A stretch of 64,000 nucleotides of DNA from Octopus vulgaris (lineage: Eukaryota). This document shows, in pieces, positions 62,073-64,000 of the stretch; the first letter of the stretch is position 1, and each line of letters starts with the position of its first letter. The notes under the pieces are model-generated. The model made no database searches, had not been told where the DNA came from, and saw only the letters and a program-made list of their open reading frames with translations. The stretch spans positions 27,280,001 through 27,344,000 of the forward strand of contig OX597818.1 in the NCBI GenBank assembly GCA_951406725.2. The letters run 5' to 3'. The translations under genes were made by a program, and so were the position numbers.

Positions 62073-63419
62073 TTTATATAAAAATGCGTGTATATATGTG
62101 TCTGTGTGTGTGTATTTCTTTTATTCCTTTATTTGCTTCAGTCATTTGACTGCGGCCGTGCTGGAGCACCACCTTTAGTCGAACAAATTGACCCCAGGAC
62201 TTATTCTTTGTAAGCCTAGTACTGTACTTATTCTATCGGTAACTTTTGCCGAACCGCTAAGTTATGGGGACTTATAGGACAGAAACAATTTAAAAAAAAT
62301 TATCATTATCTTTCAATATCTTCAAATTCCACCTTTTAACATAGTCACAAAAATAAACCGGCGGAACATTTTGCAAAGTTTACTAATATACATATTAAAC
62401 AGTTAGGGACATTTTCAAGAGCTTTTAACTTTCTTGAAAGAGAATATCATGAAAACATCCTATCGGTTTATGATTAACTTGTTCACGAATGAGAATTATA
62501 TGAAAAAGAAAATGTTTTGTGAGTAGAGTGGTATAAAGGTATGCAGTCCTGATACTCAAGGGAAAATGCTCTAGCCGTCTAAGAGCATGATGTGAAGGCT
62601 TACTGAATCTAGTTTGACAATGCTATCGACTGTATGCTACAAGTCTGTCACTTCTTTGGCTTGGAGGAAAATTGTTGTACATTTTTCGAGCCCCTCTATA
62701 TCTGATAGAGACAGCTTCAGAGGAAACTAAGCTAATAACTACCTGTACTCAAACGTCTATTGGACACATGGTGGTGTGCATGTCTTTCAAGTGTAAATGA
62801 CAGCCTGACTTTTATAAGTGTTTTGATAAAATACCTGAGGATCCATTTGAAGAAGCGAAGAAACATACGGATATTTTCCACCTTTGCCGAAAAGTGGAAA
62901 ATTTAGGGACAGGTATTCTACTGTCTGTACAACGACTTTACAATGATTCCAACACGTACTAATGACTATTTTTCAATTACGGGGGCTTATATCTCCTAAT
63001 ATTTTGATTATTTTCTGTATGCGATGAAGGCTTATAATTCTCTTTACAGTATCTCACTCACCGCCGTTTCCTAATTCACGCAGAATTCGCACATGTTTAC
63101 GCCCGCCCGTACTTACATTTTTCAATGTTCAACAAGAAAGAATTGTATAACTATTTGAAACAAATAACATCCTGAAAACTGTCACAACACTTCTTTGGGA
63201 GAAGCATTACAGAGCCATTGTTCAGTTACGAAGTGGAATGCGTTATCTTTAAGTTTATTAAACAGAAATAATCAGAAAATATAAGCGCAGTGTGAAAATG
63301 TATGTAAGTGATAGACTTGTACAGGAAACCGACCCGTTTCAATCTTTTGCTGCTAGTCATTGATTAGCTCTGTTGTGCCGGGAATAAACAGATGAATACT
63401 CACTCAAATGATTTTCTGT

Positions 63420-63662
63420 TCTTTTACTTTCTTGTATTTGTTTCAGTCATTTTGACTGCGGCCGTGCTGGAGCACCGCATTTAGTCGAGCAAATCGACCC
63501 CAGGACTTACTCTTTGTAAGCCTAGTACTTATTCTATCTATCTTTCCGAACCGCTAAGTAACGGGGACGTAAACACACCAGGATCGTTTGTCAAGCGATG
63601 TTGGGTTACAAACACAGACACACAAACACATACATACATACATACATACATACATACATACA

Positions 63663-63746
<84 letters not shown>

Positions 63747-64000
63747 ATCCAAACAAGAAGGCACAAAAAAACACAACAACGCGAGGACGTGGAACAAATA
63801 TAGTATTATTGGACGCTCAGGAAAGAAGGAAAGAAGGAGGGTTTAACGTTTCGAGCGGAGCTCTTCATCGGAAACATAGGAGAAGGAAAGATCCAGAGAA
63901 GGGAAGACAGAGGAAAAAAATCGCCAACGGTACACACGAGGTCACATTTTATACACACACCGGGCTTCTTTCAGTTTCCGTCTACCAAATCCACTCACAA
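63420..64000 (-). mobile_element. SINE family B interrupted by (CATA)n/(TA)n and a Penelope-type pseudo-LTR (~63745-63950)
   Basis: SINE 3' part at 63420-63630 and 5' part at 63955-64000. The insert carries a hammerhead motif. Confidence 0.7.
63841..63875 (-). ncRNA. 35-nt minimal hammerhead ribozyme motif with variant core (CCGAUGA)
   Basis: GUUU CCGAUGA A GAGC-UCC-GCUC GAAAC GUU AAAC: perfect 4-bp stems I and II, palindromic AACGUU at stem III. Confidence 0.7.

Overview
AT-rich, repeat-dense eukaryotic genomic DNA. The SINE/RTE/Penelope repeat families and microsatellites point to a coleoid cephalopod, probably Octopus; this is inference. Two convergent spliced genes can be assembled by hand with GT-AG introns and consistent phases. 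(1) A + strand nucleobindin (NUCB1/2-like): 9 coding exons at 4951-23130, 5' end outside the window, two EF-hands, a long Gln-rich repeat C-terminus and a probable non-coding last exon ending near 28990. (2) A complete - strand GATD1/PDDC1 (DJ-1/PfpI superfamily): 7 exons, 45827->32382, 219 aa. The remainder is transposable-element debris: RTE, R4/Dong-like and L1/Tx1-like LINE fragments, tRNA-derived SINEs, mariner remnants, solo LTRs, a Gypsy element lacking RT/RNase H, and three lineages of Penelope-like elements. The most notable non-gene signal is a set of minimal type-I hammerhead ribozyme motifs in Penelope pseudo-LTRs, several with variant cores. Others are an array of LTR-end/tRNA-Trp PBS motifs, several short locally templated duplications, and a CpG-content switch at the GATD1 5' end. 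All calls were made by eye; no database searches were run.
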